Shown in pieces: positions 26,630 through 36,195 of a stretch of 64,000 nucleotides of DNA (its first letter is position 1; every line of letters begins with the position of its first letter). The translations under genes and the position numbers were made by a program. Origin of the DNA: Acidobacteriota bacterium (GTDB lineage: Bacteria; Acidobacteriota; Holophagae; Holophagales; Holophagaceae); assembly GCA_016195985.1 (NCBI GenBank), contig JACPYP010000013.1, positions 12,116-76,115 on the forward strand. The letters run 5' to 3'. A model generated the notes under the pieces. It worked only from the letters and a program-made list of their open reading frames with translations. It did no database searches and was not told the origin of the DNA.

Positions 26630-27566
26630 CTGCATGGTAGCTGGAACGCACCAGGGGAGCGGATTCCACCCGCTGGAAACCCATCTCCCGCCCCTTCTGC
26701 TTGTAGAAGTCGAACTCGGCGGGCTCCACGAAGCGGTGCAGCGGCAGGTGCAGCTCCGACGGGGGGAGATACTGTCCGATGGTGGCGATGTCCACCCGGT
26801 TTGTCCGCCAATCGGCCATCAGCTCCAGCACCTGGTCGGAGGTTTCGCCCAGGCCCACCATGATGCCGCTCTTCACGCGCATGGCCGGGGCATGCTGGTC
26901 CCGCCATTCCGCCGTGCGGCGCAGGAGCGCCAGGCTCTGGGCGTAGTCCGCATCGGGCCGCACGCGCTTGTAGAGGTGGGGGACGGTCTCCACATTGTGG
27001 TTCAGCACGTCCGGTCCGGCTTCCAGGACCGCGGCCAGGGCCGCTTCGTTGCCCCGGAAATCGGGGATGAGCACTTCGATGCCGCAGTGGGGCGACAGCG
27101 TGCGGATCCACCGGATGGTGGCGGCGAAATGGGCGGAGCCGCCATCGGGCAGGTCGTCGCGGTTGACGGAGGTGACCACGGCGAACTTGAGGCCCAGGCG
27201 CGCCACGGCCTCGGCCACGCGCTGGGGCTCCCCGGGGTCCAACTCGCCCGGCTTGCCTTTGCCCACGTTGCAGAAGCCGCAGTGGCGCGTGCAGATATCG
27301 CCCATGAGCATGAAGGTGGCCGTGCGGTGGATGCCCCAGCACTCATGCAGGTTGGGGCAGCGGGCCTCTTCGCAGACCGTCACCAGGCGCTGCTCTCGGA
27401 TGAGGCCCTCCACCTCGGCCACCACCTCCGGGGCCGGGACGCGGATCTTCAGCCATTCGGGACGGGGGCCGGGAAGGACGGGAGGGCGAGCCATAGCCTT
27501 CCATTGTGAGGGATGAATGCGGCTGTATGGACGGGCTGGGCTCCATTCTTTTTTATCGGTGTTCAT
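26610..27566 (-). CDS. lipA: Lipoyl synthase
   Basis: CEEARCPNLHECW and radical-SAM CTRHCGFCNV motifs. Start is uncertain (ATG 27566 or ATG 27494). Confidence 0.92.
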   Translation of the reverse strand: MNTDKKEWSPARPYSRIHPSQWKAMARPPVLPGPRPEWLKIRVPAPEVVAEVEGLIREQRLVTVCEEARCPNLHECWGIHRTATFMLMGDICTRHCGFCNVGKGKPGELDPGEPQRVAEAVARLGLKFAVVTSVNRDDLPDGGSAHFAATIRWIRTLSPHCGIEVLIPDFRGNEAALAAVLEAGPDVLNHNVETVPHLYKRVRPDADYAQSLALLRRTAEWRDQHAPAMRVKSGIMVGLGETSDQVLELMADWRTNRVDIATIGQYLPPSELHLPLHRFVEPAEFDFYKQKGREMGFQRVESAPLVRSSYHAGEGHGS

Positions 27567-27622
27567 TCGTGGCCAAACTTGCCTTTTTACCTTCGCGGTG
27601 GGCCCCCGGGTAGAATGGAGCC

Positions 27623-28438
27623 ATGTCCGAAAACCCTCAGGAAGTCCCTGAATCCGTGGCCGAAGTTCTGTCGGCGCCCGAGGCTCCCAAGGCCTTCGAG
27701 CCCCCCAAGGGCTTCGAAACGAAATTCGTGGGGCTGGCGTTGCACCTGTCCTCTTTCGATGGCCCCCTGGATCTCCTCCTGCATCTCATCCACGAGCAGA
27801 AGCTGGACATCCTGAATCTGCCCATGGCCGATGTGACGCGGCAGTACATGGACTACCTGAAGCTCATGGAGGAGCTGAACCTGGAGATCGCCGCGGAATT
27901 CGTGGCCATGGCGGCCCAGCTGCTTCAGATCAAGTCGCGGCTCATGCTGCCCCGGCCGCCCCAGGAATGCGGGGAGGAAGATCCGCGCGAGGCCCTGGTA
28001 CAGCGCCTACTGGACTACCAGCAGGTGAAGGCCGCGGCCCTGGCACTGTCGGACCGCGAATCCGATTGGCAGAAGGTGGCCTTTGCGCCGGGCATCGATC
28101 TGGACGATCACAAGCGCGTGGAGGACGAACCCATCCGCGCGACCCTTTTCGATCTGCTCGGGGCCTACCGCGAGGCTCTCAAGCGGCTCATGCCTCCCCC
28201 GCCGGTGCAGGTGCGCACCCAGCCGAAAACCCTGGAACAGCGCGTCATGGAAGTCCTCAGCAACCTCCAGGATGGCCTCTGGAAGCCCTTCCAGGGCCTG
28301 CTGGGTCAGGTGCGCACCCGGGAGGAGCTGGTGCTTACGTTCCTGGCCTTGCTTGAACTGGTGCGCACGGGGCGCATCTCCTTGGTGCAGGGCGAGACCT
28401 TCGGGGAGATCCGGGTCAAGGCTTCCGAGGCCGCGTGA
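27623..28438 (+). CDS. scpA: Segregation and condensation protein A (kleisin)
   Basis: FDGPLDLLLHLIHEQKLDILNLPMADVTRQYMDYL and the C-terminal winged-helix block LVLTFLALLELVR. Confidence 0.85.
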   Translation: MSENPQEVPESVAEVLSAPEAPKAFEPPKGFETKFVGLALHLSSFDGPLDLLLHLIHEQKLDILNLPMADVTRQYMDYLKLMEELNLEIAAEFVAMAAQLLQIKSRLMLPRPPQECGEEDPREALVQRLLDYQQVKAAALALSDRESDWQKVAFAPGIDLDDHKRVEDEPIRATLFDLLGAYREALKRLMPPPPVQVRTQPKTLEQRVMEVLSNLQDGLWKPFQGLLGQVRTREELVLTFLALLELVRTGRISLVQGETFGEIRVKASEAA

Positions 28439-28890
28439 ACGATCCGATGGACTCTCTCCGGTCGGCCCATCGCAAGGCCTATGGGTTGGGTTTGGCCCTG
28501 TGCTTGGGAACTCCCACCTTTCTCGCGGTCCTGATGGCGGCCCGGGTGGTGCCCCCCGGCCCTCTGGCGCCCGAGGGCCTAGTCCAGCAGGTGGGTTACC
28601 TCTTCACGGGCCTGGTGTTCCTCTCGGGTGCCTGGGCCTGGGGCCGCCGGGGGCGGATGCTGCGCGGATTCAACGCCGTCGCCGAAGCCCAGCGGCCGGC
28701 CCTGGTCCTGAGGGAAAGCCTGCTCTTCGCCGCGGCCTTCGAGGCCAGTTCGGTTTGGGGTTTGATCTACTGGACGCTGGCGGGCGCCCAGGCGGGACGC
28801 CATGCTTGGGGCTTCCTGGCCCTGACGCCCATGCTCTTCCTGGCCCTGGCGCCCCGCTTCAGCCACTGGGCGAAAGGCTTGGAGGCCTGA
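28435..28890 (+). CDS. Hypothetical 4-TM membrane protein, translationally coupled to scpA
   Basis: GTG overlaps the scpA stop (GTGA). Hydrophobic segments throughout. Does not look like ScpB. Confidence 0.5.
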   Translation: MNDPMDSLRSAHRKAYGLGLALCLGTPTFLAVLMAARVVPPGPLAPEGLVQQVGYLFTGLVFLSGAWAWGRRGRMLRGFNAVAEAQRPALVLRESLLFAAAFEASSVWGLIYWTLAGAQAGRHAWGFLALTPMLFLALAPRFSHWAKGLEA

Positions 28891-28934
28891 AGCATCCAGG
28901 TATCCTGGGAGATCCCGTCCGCTGAGGAGGGTTC

Positions 28935-29573
28935 ATGCCCGAATCCGAGCCCCATGATCCGACCCAGCCCGGCCTCTCGCCGGACGCCACCGTGCGTCTG
29001 CCCATCGGGATACCAGAGGACCCCCGCGCCACCGTTCCCTTGAAGGTGGGCGACTACCTTTCGCTGGACAGCACCCAGAAGCTGCCCCTGGGCGTGCCCA
29101 AGCCAACCGCCGAACAGACCCAGAAAATCACACTGTCCGGGCCGGGCGAAGCTCCTCTCCGGACCCAGTGGGTGGCCGCCCCAACGGAAGCTGAAGGCCA
29201 GACCCAGTCCATCCCCGTGGCTCCCCGCGTCCGGAAGCCCCTCGGCTGGAAGCTTCCGGCGATCCTGGTGGGCATTGTGGCCCTGGCCGCCGCGGCCTCC
29301 TACGCGGTGCTGACCCAGGGGCCCGCGCCCCAGGCTTCACGCTCTGAATGGGCGGTGAGCCCGCCGGAGAAGATTCCCCCCGAGGTGCAGGTCTACCTGG
29401 ACCAGGCCAAGGCCGGCGACACCCATGCCATGCGCATGCTCGGCGCCATGTATCTTCAGGGGCTGAACGTGCCCAAGGACCGGGAGAAGGGCCTCTATTG
29501 GTACCGCAAAGCCGCCGAGAAAGGCAGTGACGCGGCGCGGACAGAGCTGAGGCAGATCGAGGGCAGGAACTGA
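28935..29573 (+). CDS. Membrane-anchored Sel1-repeat protein
   Basis: GAGGAGG before the ATG. Central TM LPAILVGIVALAAAASYAVL. C-terminal GDTHAMRMLGAMYLQGLNVPKDREKGLYWYRKAAEKG Sel1 repeat. Confidence 0.7.
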   Translation: MPESEPHDPTQPGLSPDATVRLPIGIPEDPRATVPLKVGDYLSLDSTQKLPLGVPKPTAEQTQKITLSGPGEAPLRTQWVAAPTEAEGQTQSIPVAPRVRKPLGWKLPAILVGIVALAAAASYAVLTQGPAPQASRSEWAVSPPEKIPPEVQVYLDQAKAGDTHAMRMLGAMYLQGLNVPKDREKGLYWYRKAAEKGSDAARTELRQIEGRN

Positions 29574-31397
29574 CTACTCCCGCCCAGGGGAGCCGGGGGC
29601 CTGCCAGGCGAGAACCTTCCGGGAGGCCGCAGGCCCGATGGCCTGCGCCAGGTCGGCCTCGGCGGCTTCCCGCACCTTGGTGACGCTGCCGAAAGTCTGA
29701 AGCAGCTTCTTGGCGGTGGCGGGTCCGATGCCCGGAATCTGCGTGAGCTCCGTCTGTAGCGTGCGCTTGGCGCGCAGGGCGCGATGGTAGGTGATGGCGA
29801 AGCGGTGGGCTTCGTCCCGGATGCGCTGGAGCAGCTGCAACACCGGCGAGGATTTCGGGATCCGCAGCGGTTCGCTGGAGCCAGGCCGGAAGACCAGCTC
29901 CTCCTTCTTGGCCAGGCTGGCCAGCTCCAGGTGTTCCAGCCCCAGTTCTTTGAGCGCGGCTTCAGCCGCGTGCAACTGCCCCAGCCCCCCGTCGATGATC
30001 ACCAGATTGGGGAACTCCTGGCCCTCGTCTCGCATCCGCTTGTAGCGGCGGGTGACGGCTTCGAACATGTTGGCGAAATCGTCGTTCTGCTCATTGCTCA
30101 TCTTGAAGCGGCGATAGCGGGCCTTGTCGGGCGCGCCATCACTGAACACCACGCAGCTGGCCACCACCTCGCGGCCCTGGCCGTGGCTGATGTCGAAGCA
30201 TTCCAGACGGCGGGGCAGGTGGCTGAGGCCCAGGAAGGCCTGGAGGCCCTCCAGCACGGCCTCGTTGAGCCGCGCGGGTTCGAATTTGCGCTCCAGGGCC
30301 AGGCGGGCGTTTTCCTGGGCCATGGCCAGCAGGTCGACCTTTTCGCCCTTCTGGGGAACGTGGAGCCGGGCCTTGGACCCGCGCAGCTCTGAAAGCCACT
30401 GCAGGATCAAGTCGCTGTCCTCGGGTTCGACTTCGGCGAGGATCTTCGCGGGCACGGGATCGGCGCTGTAGACGCGCTGCAGCACCTGGGCCAGCACGGC
30501 GCCGTCGAAGGCTTCGATGTCTTCCAGCAGGTACTCCTGACGCCCCACCATGCGCCCTTCCCGAAGCATGAGGCGGTGCACGCAGGCCCGGCCGTCCAGC
30601 ACGGCGCTGCCGTAGACATCCGTGTCGTCCATATCCGCGCTGGCGGCCTTCTGGCGGGTGAACCAGGCATCCACCTGCTGGAGGGCGTCCCGGTGCTGGG
30701 CGGCCTGTTCATAGGCGGCAGCCTCGGCGGCCTTCCACATGGCCGCCTCCAGCCTGGCCTTCAGCTCGTCGCGCTTGCCCTCCAGGAACAGGCGCGCTTC
30801 CTTGGCCTGCTCCCGGTAGGCTTCCTGGCCCACGGCGGCGATGCAGGGGGCCGTGCAGCGGTGCAGCTGGTACTTCAGGCAGGCCCGGCCCCGCTTGCCG
30901 TCGATGTCGATGTCGCAGTCGCGGATCTGGAAGAACCGGTAGACCAGCTCGGCGGTACGGTAGGCGGTGCTGGCCGGGAAGAAGGGGCCGAAATAGAGGC
31001 TGCCATCCTTGCGCACCTTGCGGGTGACGTAGACCTTGGGGAAAGCCTCCTTCCAGGTGAGCTTCACGTAGGGATAGCTCTTGTCGTCCTTCAGCAGGAT
31101 GTTGAAGGGCGGCCAGTGCTCCTTGATGAGGTTGTTCTCAAGGATGAGTGCTTCCAGTTCCGTTTCGCAAACGATGAGCTCGATGTCCCAGATGCGGGCC
31201 ACCAGGCGGCGGGTCTTGGCGTCCAGGCGTTTCTGCTGGAAGTAGGATTTCACGCGGTTGCGCAGCACCTTGGCCTTGCCCACGTAGAGCAGGTTGCCGC
31301 CCTCGTCCCGGTACAGGTAGCAGCCTGGCCGCAGGGGCAGGTCTCCCAGCTTGCGCAGGAGGAAGGGGGACTTGTCGAGGTTAGTGCGGATGGCCAC
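29574..31397 (-). CDS. uvrC: Excinuclease ABC subunit C
   Basis: GIY-YIG N-terminus (GCYLYRDEGGNLLYVGKAKVLRNRVKSYF), UvrBC domain and C-terminal (HhH)2 (IPGIGPATAKKLL). Confidence 0.95.
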   Translation of the reverse strand: MAIRTNLDKSPFLLRKLGDLPLRPGCYLYRDEGGNLLYVGKAKVLRNRVKSYFQQKRLDAKTRRLVARIWDIELIVCETELEALILENNLIKEHWPPFNILLKDDKSYPYVKLTWKEAFPKVYVTRKVRKDGSLYFGPFFPASTAYRTAELVYRFFQIRDCDIDIDGKRGRACLKYQLHRCTAPCIAAVGQEAYREQAKEARLFLEGKRDELKARLEAAMWKAAEAAAYEQAAQHRDALQQVDAWFTRQKAASADMDDTDVYGSAVLDGRACVHRLMLREGRMVGRQEYLLEDIEAFDGAVLAQVLQRVYSADPVPAKILAEVEPEDSDLILQWLSELRGSKARLHVPQKGEKVDLLAMAQENARLALERKFEPARLNEAVLEGLQAFLGLSHLPRRLECFDISHGQGREVVASCVVFSDGAPDKARYRRFKMSNEQNDDFANMFEAVTRRYKRMRDEGQEFPNLVIIDGGLGQLHAAEAALKELGLEHLELASLAKKEELVFRPGSSEPLRIPKSSPVLQLLQRIRDEAHRFAITYHRALRAKRTLQTELTQIPGIGPATAKKLLQTFGSVTKVREAAEADLAQAIGPAASRKVLAWQAPGSPGRE

Positions 31398-31452
31398 GTT
31401 GCTCCGGTCAGGCCTTGGACGGCGGTGAGAGCTGATTCAAGCGACGCATGAG

Positions 31453-32715
31453 CTAAGATTCTTCCGGACGGAGGCGGAAGCCCGCCACGGGTGCATGAGT
31501 GCCGTGTCCTGGCGGGAGGGCGGCGTCATGGCCATCCCGAAGCTGGGCGTAGTGGGGACTGAGAATTTCCACGCCCGCTTCGGCGAAGGCGTCCTGGATG
31601 TGACGGTGCAGCTCGGAGTAGAGCCAGGGGAGGCGCTCCGGATGGCGCGTGGCGACGTTGAGTTCGTAGGTGATGTAGAAATCGTTCAGGGCGGTCTGGA
31701 GCACGAAGGGAGCGGGTGCCTTCTCCACCAGTTCGGCGCGGCCGGCCGCTTCCAGCAACAGGCCGTGGACCTGCCGCCAAGGGGTGCCATAGCCGATGCT
31801 CACCGTGGTATGCAGCAGCAGGCCCCCGTTGCCGATGCGGGCGCTGTAGTTCTGGATGGGGCCGCCGAGCACTGTTGCGTTGCTGAGGACGATCTCTTCC
31901 TGCTTGAAGGTGAGGAGGCGCGTGATGACCAGGGTGTGTTCCACCACGGTACCGGTGTGTTCTCCCAGTTTCACCACGTCGCCCGTGCGGTAGGCGCGCA
32001 TGTAGGTGAGCACCCCGCCCGAGATGAAATTGCCGATGGTGCCGCTGGAGCCCAGCGAGACCAGCACGCCGACGAAGAGCGAGACCGCCTTGAAGGCCTC
32101 GGAACCTGATCCGGGCAGGTAGGGCACGGCCAGCACCAGGGCGAAGGCCAGCACCCCCAGGCGCACCAGCGTGTACGTGGGTTTGGCCCATTCGGCATCA
32201 AAGCCCTCCGCCCGGGTTTCACCTCGGCCCAGGGTTTCGAAGAGGGGTTTGAGGAGGCCGAGGAGCATGCGGGTGCCCAGCACGATGAGGACCAGGACCA
32301 GGCCCCGGGGCAGGTAGTCGAGCAGGGCCCAGGCAAACCGGCCCAGAGGCTCTTTGAGGCTGACCAGCAGGCGCCCGGCCAGACCCTGGGTGGTCGTGAA
32401 GAGGCCGAAGGCCAGGGATAGCAGGATGTAGGCGAGGATCAGGGATACCAGGGCCAGGAACCACTTCGCCACCCGATGGAGCAAGGCGCCCAGCCGCTCG
32501 GCGGGCAGCACTTCCAGACCACCCAGGCGGAGTGTGGGAAGGTGGGCCTTCCAGTCGCCCTGGAGCCGGGCCTGGAGCGCCTTGCCGCTGCGCCGGAGAC
32601 GGTCCAGGAGGAAGCCCCCCACCAGGAGGACGAGCCCCAGGACGAGCAGGCGATGGAGCAAAGGAGCGCTCTCGGGAAGCAGGGCCCAAGCACGGAGGGC
32701 GGGGGTCGGAGTCAT
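31453..32715 (-). CDS. Mechanosensitive ion channel (MscS family)
   Basis: Several TM helices, then the MscS beta-domain motif GDVVKLGEHTGTVVEHTLVITRLLTFKQEEIVLSN. Confidence 0.85.
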   Translation of the reverse strand: MTPTPALRAWALLPESAPLLHRLLVLGLVLLVGGFLLDRLRRSGKALQARLQGDWKAHLPTLRLGGLEVLPAERLGALLHRVAKWFLALVSLILAYILLSLAFGLFTTTQGLAGRLLVSLKEPLGRFAWALLDYLPRGLVLVLIVLGTRMLLGLLKPLFETLGRGETRAEGFDAEWAKPTYTLVRLGVLAFALVLAVPYLPGSGSEAFKAVSLFVGVLVSLGSSGTIGNFISGGVLTYMRAYRTGDVVKLGEHTGTVVEHTLVITRLLTFKQEEIVLSNATVLGGPIQNYSARIGNGGLLLHTTVSIGYGTPWRQVHGLLLEAAGRAELVEKAPAPFVLQTALNDFYITYELNVATRHPERLPWLYSELHRHIQDAFAEAGVEILSPHYAQLRDGHDAALPPGHGTHAPVAGFRLRPEES

Positions 32716-32801
32716 GGGCTCACTTTAGATGCCCCGAGGGGCAAAGGGAATGGTCCGAGCCGTTTCTCCCCCATCGGCGTTGAATTTGAGACACTGGAAC
32801 C

Positions 32802-33425
32802 ATGCTGAATCTGGAAACCTTCCCCGTGGGGCCCCTGGGCTGCAACTGTTCCCTGCTGTGGGATGCGGACACCGGCCAGGGCGTGGTGGTGGATCCCGGA
32901 GGCGACGGCGCGAAGATCCGCCAGCGGGTGGAGAAGCTGGGCTTCAAGGTCACGGCCCTCCTGCACACCCACGCCCATTTCGACCATGTGGGGGCCACCC
33001 GCGAGCTGCAGGATCTGTGGCAGTGTCCGGCCCACCTGCACGGCGACGACGGCTTCCTCATCGAGGCGCTGCCCCAGCAGACCGGCATGTTCGGCATGCC
33101 TGCCATTCCCCAGCCGGACATGGCCGCGCTGAACGCTGGCGACCGGCACCTGGACCTCACCACGCTGCACACGCCGGGCCATACGCCGGGTTCCTGCTGC
33201 TTCCATGGCGCCTTCGCCAAGGGACAGGTGCTTTTGGCGGGCGACACGCTCTTCCGCGGCGGCGTGGGGCGCACGGACCTTTGGGGCGGCAGCTGGGATC
33301 TGCTGGAGCAGAGCATCCGCCGGGAACTCTACACGCTGAATGGCGCCACCCTGGTCATCCCCGGGCACGGGCCGGCCACCACCATCGCCGATGAGGCCCA
33401 GGGAAATCCCTTCGTCCACCTTTGA
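32802..33425 (+). CDS. MBL-fold metallo-hydrolase (glyoxalase II-like)
   Basis: LHTHAHFDHVGA motif and TPGHTPGS; 207 aa. Confidence 0.85.
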   Translation: MLNLETFPVGPLGCNCSLLWDADTGQGVVVDPGGDGAKIRQRVEKLGFKVTALLHTHAHFDHVGATRELQDLWQCPAHLHGDDGFLIEALPQQTGMFGMPAIPQPDMAALNAGDRHLDLTTLHTPGHTPGSCCFHGAFAKGQVLLAGDTLFRGGVGRTDLWGGSWDLLEQSIRRELYTLNGATLVIPGHGPATTIADEAQGNPFVHL

Positions 33426-33470
33426 GGCCGGAAGCGTAGACTGGGGCCGACTCTTACCTGGAGGTCCTCC

Positions 33471-34241
33471 ATGGACGCCCTGCTCACACCCTTCGGCTGT
33501 CTTGGCCCCATTGCCTTGTTCTTCGTCGTCTACCTGTTCTCCTGCCTCAAGGTGGTGAACGAGTACGAACGGCTGGTGATCTTCACCCTGGGCAAGGTGG
33601 ACGAGCATCCCAAGGGCCCAGGCCTCTGCTTCGTGTGGCGCCCCTTCCAGACCGCCGTCACCGTGAGCCTGCGCACCACGGTGCTCGAGGTGCCCAGCCA
33701 GGATGTGATCACCCGCGACAACGTGAGCCTGAAGGTGAGCGCCGTGGTCTACTCCCGGGTGCTGGATCCCAAGCAGGCCATCATCGGCGTGGAGAACTAC
33801 TACTACGCCACCAGCCAGATCGCGCAAACCACCCTGCGCTCCATCCTGGGCGAAGTGAGCCTCGACGAACTGCTGGCGGACCGCGAAAAACTGAGCGCCC
33901 GCCTGCGGGAGATCATCGACCGCTCCACCGAACCCTGGGGCGTGGAAGTGAGCAGTGTGGAACTGAAGAGCGTGGACCTGCCCGAGCAGATCCAGCGCGC
34001 CATGGGCAAGCAGGCCGAGGCCGAGCGCGAAAAGCGCGCGAAGATCATCGCCGCCGAGGGCGAACTGATGGCCTCCCAGCAGCTGCTGGAAGCCGCCAAC
34101 AAGATCAGCCAGAACCCCACGGCCATCCAGATGCGCTACCTGCAAACCCTCACGGAAATCGCCGTGGAGAAGAACAGCACCATCGTCTTCCCGCTGCCCA
34201 TGGAGCTCATGAAGGCCCTGGAGAAGATCAGCGAGCGCTAG
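33471..34241 (+). CDS. SPFH/band-7 (stomatin/slipin-like) membrane protein
   Basis: N-terminal TM, then VNEYERLVIFTLGK...TRDNVSLKVSAVVYSRV...AEREKRAKIIAAEGE. Confidence 0.9.
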   Translation: MDALLTPFGCLGPIALFFVVYLFSCLKVVNEYERLVIFTLGKVDEHPKGPGLCFVWRPFQTAVTVSLRTTVLEVPSQDVITRDNVSLKVSAVVYSRVLDPKQAIIGVENYYYATSQIAQTTLRSILGEVSLDELLADREKLSARLREIIDRSTEPWGVEVSSVELKSVDLPEQIQRAMGKQAEAEREKRAKIIAAEGELMASQQLLEAANKISQNPTAIQMRYLQTLTEIAVEKNSTIVFPLPMELMKALEKISER

Positions 34242-36195
34242 GTTTCCATCGCCGCCACGCCGCGGCCTCCGCTTTGGCCAAGGCGGGGGCCGCGTCGGCT
34301 CCGGAACCATAGGCCAGGGCGTCCGTGGCATCAGCGAGGGTTTGGAGGGCCTCCCGCCGCTCGGGGCGGAGTCCGCCCAGGCGTTGGAGCCAGGCGCGGG
34401 CTGTTTCGCCCTGGAGGGGCGGCGCGCTCCGGCAGGTGGCCGCCAGCAGGGGCCGCAGGGCGCGGATGAGCCCTGGGCCCGTGGGTGCGGGCTGCCACCG
34501 CGCCCGGGTACGCCAGACCAGGTAGGCAGACACGATGGCGCCGAGTCCCCACAGGACACCGGGGCGGGGCGCCTTCCAGTGCCACTCCCAGTCTTGAACC
34601 TGGTTCTGGAGCCAGGAGAGGCCAGCCTGCTGATCCTGGTCCGAGAATCGCACCACGTAACGGTCCCAGCGGTACCTGACCGCGTCGGCCCAGCGCTCGA
34701 CGAGGTTCAGACCGCCCAGCCGCGAAGCCTCTGGCCCCGTGCCCAGCGGAGTGGGATCTGCCGTCCACCAGCGTCCCTCATCCCAGTACTCCACCCAGCT
34801 GTGGGCCTCGTTCTGGCTCACCCGGAAATAGCCGCCTTCGGGGACCCAGGGGCCCAGCCGGTAGCCGTTCACCACCCGCGAAGGCACGCCCCGGGCGCGG
34901 AGCATGAGGGCCAGGCTGGAGGCGAAGTATTCGCAGTGGCCAGCCCGGGTGTGTTCGAGGAAATCCTGCAGCGGATTGGGCGCCTTGCCGGAGGGATTGT
35001 CCAGCGTGTAGGTGAACCCCCGCAGGTTTTTTTCGAGGGCGGCGGCAAGCTGCCTGGGCGGCGGGGCGCCCGGGGCCCATTGCTGGCTGGCGCGGCGGGC
35101 GGCCTCGTGCTCGGGCCCCAATTGGGTGAGGAGGTCCCAACGGCGAGGCGACAACCGGGATTCGCGCGGTTCTCCCAGGCCGGGGTTCCAACTGGCCGTG
35201 ACGGGTTGGGTGCGCGCCCGGACCGAGCGCCAGCGGATGCTTCCGCCGCTCCCCGTGGTCAGGTAGGGATCCCAAGGATCCAGCTGGGTAAGGCCTGACG
35301 GCAACGCCAACAGGCCTTGGGGGTTCGGAGCGAAGAGGAATTCGGCTTTCCGGTTCCCTCTGGCCGAGCCCAGGGCATCGAAGGTGGTCGAGCGGTATTC
35401 GGAGGGCTCCCACCGGAAACCCCGCACGGTTTCCAGCGTGATGCCCCGGAGCAGGCCAAGGCCCTTGCTCCAGCTGGGTTCCAGGGTTGGGTCCACACCA
35501 GGGGGTGGGGTGATTCGGAGGGCCACCTCAGGGTTGGGGACGATGGGCCCGTCAATCGACAGGTCAAGGCGGTCCCCCAGGCCCGCCTTTCCGAAGGATT
35601 GGGACGCGCCGAGGAGGAAGCGGGGCCTCAGGCCGAGGCTCAGGCGCGGCATGATGACAAACGAGCCGCCGGCCAGCAGCAGGGCGCCACCTATCCAGAG
35701 GGGCACCCGGCGGTAGGGGGGGCGCGAGAGGGCTCCCCGCCGCAGAGCCGCAGAGGGTTCCCAGCTTTGCTGCAACAGGGCCGCAGCGGCGGCGCAAAAC
35801 CATGCCAGGGCCCACAGGAGGAAGGTCACGTCGCTGGGGCCCATGGCCGTGGTCAGGAACAGCACGAATCCGATCAGAACCACTTGACGGCGCTGGGCGG
35901 CCTCCCGGGGCAGGGCGAGGCGGATGGCGCCCAGCATGTACAAGGTGTGGATGGCCACCATGAAGGGGCCGCGGCCCCAGGCCAGATGGGCCAGGAAGTA
36001 GAACAGGGCGCCCAGTTCCAGCCAGCGGTGGCGGGAGCCGAGATCCCAGCGGAAGGCCCCGACCACGGCCGCCGCCAGGAGCGGCAGGGCCATGAGCTCC
36101 AATTCGACCGGTTCGTAAACACCTGCGGAAACGGTGGCGCCAAGGGCGGCCCAAAGGGGCATGTGGTCGATCCAGCGGCCCCACCTCACGGCCAC
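34228..36195 (-). CDS. Transglutaminase-like membrane protein (TgpA-like: DUF3488 TMs, transglutaminase core, DUF4129-like tail)
   Basis: N-terminal multi-TM region. Cys-protease-like core GHCEYFASSLALMLRARGVPSRVVNGY...HSWVEYW. GTG 36195 is preceded by GGGAG; ATG 36162 is an alternative start. Confidence 0.8.
   Translation of the reverse strand: MAVRWGRWIDHMPLWAALGATVSAGVYEPVELELMALPLLAAAVVGAFRWDLGSRHRWLELGALFYFLAHLAWGRGPFMVAIHTLYMLGAIRLALPREAAQRRQVVLIGFVLFLTTAMGPSDVTFLLWALAWFCAAAAALLQQSWEPSAALRRGALSRPPYRRVPLWIGGALLLAGGSFVIMPRLSLGLRPRFLLGASQSFGKAGLGDRLDLSIDGPIVPNPEVALRITPPPGVDPTLEPSWSKGLGLLRGITLETVRGFRWEPSEYRSTTFDALGSARGNRKAEFLFAPNPQGLLALPSGLTQLDPWDPYLTTGSGGSIRWRSVRARTQPVTASWNPGLGEPRESRLSPRRWDLLTQLGPEHEAARRASQQWAPGAPPPRQLAAALEKNLRGFTYTLDNPSGKAPNPLQDFLEHTRAGHCEYFASSLALMLRARGVPSRVVNGYRLGPWVPEGGYFRVSQNEAHSWVEYWDEGRWWTADPTPLGTGPEASRLGGLNLVERWADAVRYRWDRYVVRFSDQDQQAGLSWLQNQVQDWEWHWKAPRPGVLWGLGAIVSAYLVWRTRARWQPAPTGPGLIRALRPLLAATCRSAPPLQGETARAWLQRLGGLRPERREALQTLADATDALAYGSGADAAPALAKAEAAAWRRWKPSAR

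Noticed and set aside
34228-36195. The TgpA-like transglutaminase as part of the Bat/DUF58 system.
   Set aside because: DUF58 and transglutaminase genes are often neighbours, but here they are more than 20 kb apart with many unrelated genes between them. No linkage can be claimed from this window.
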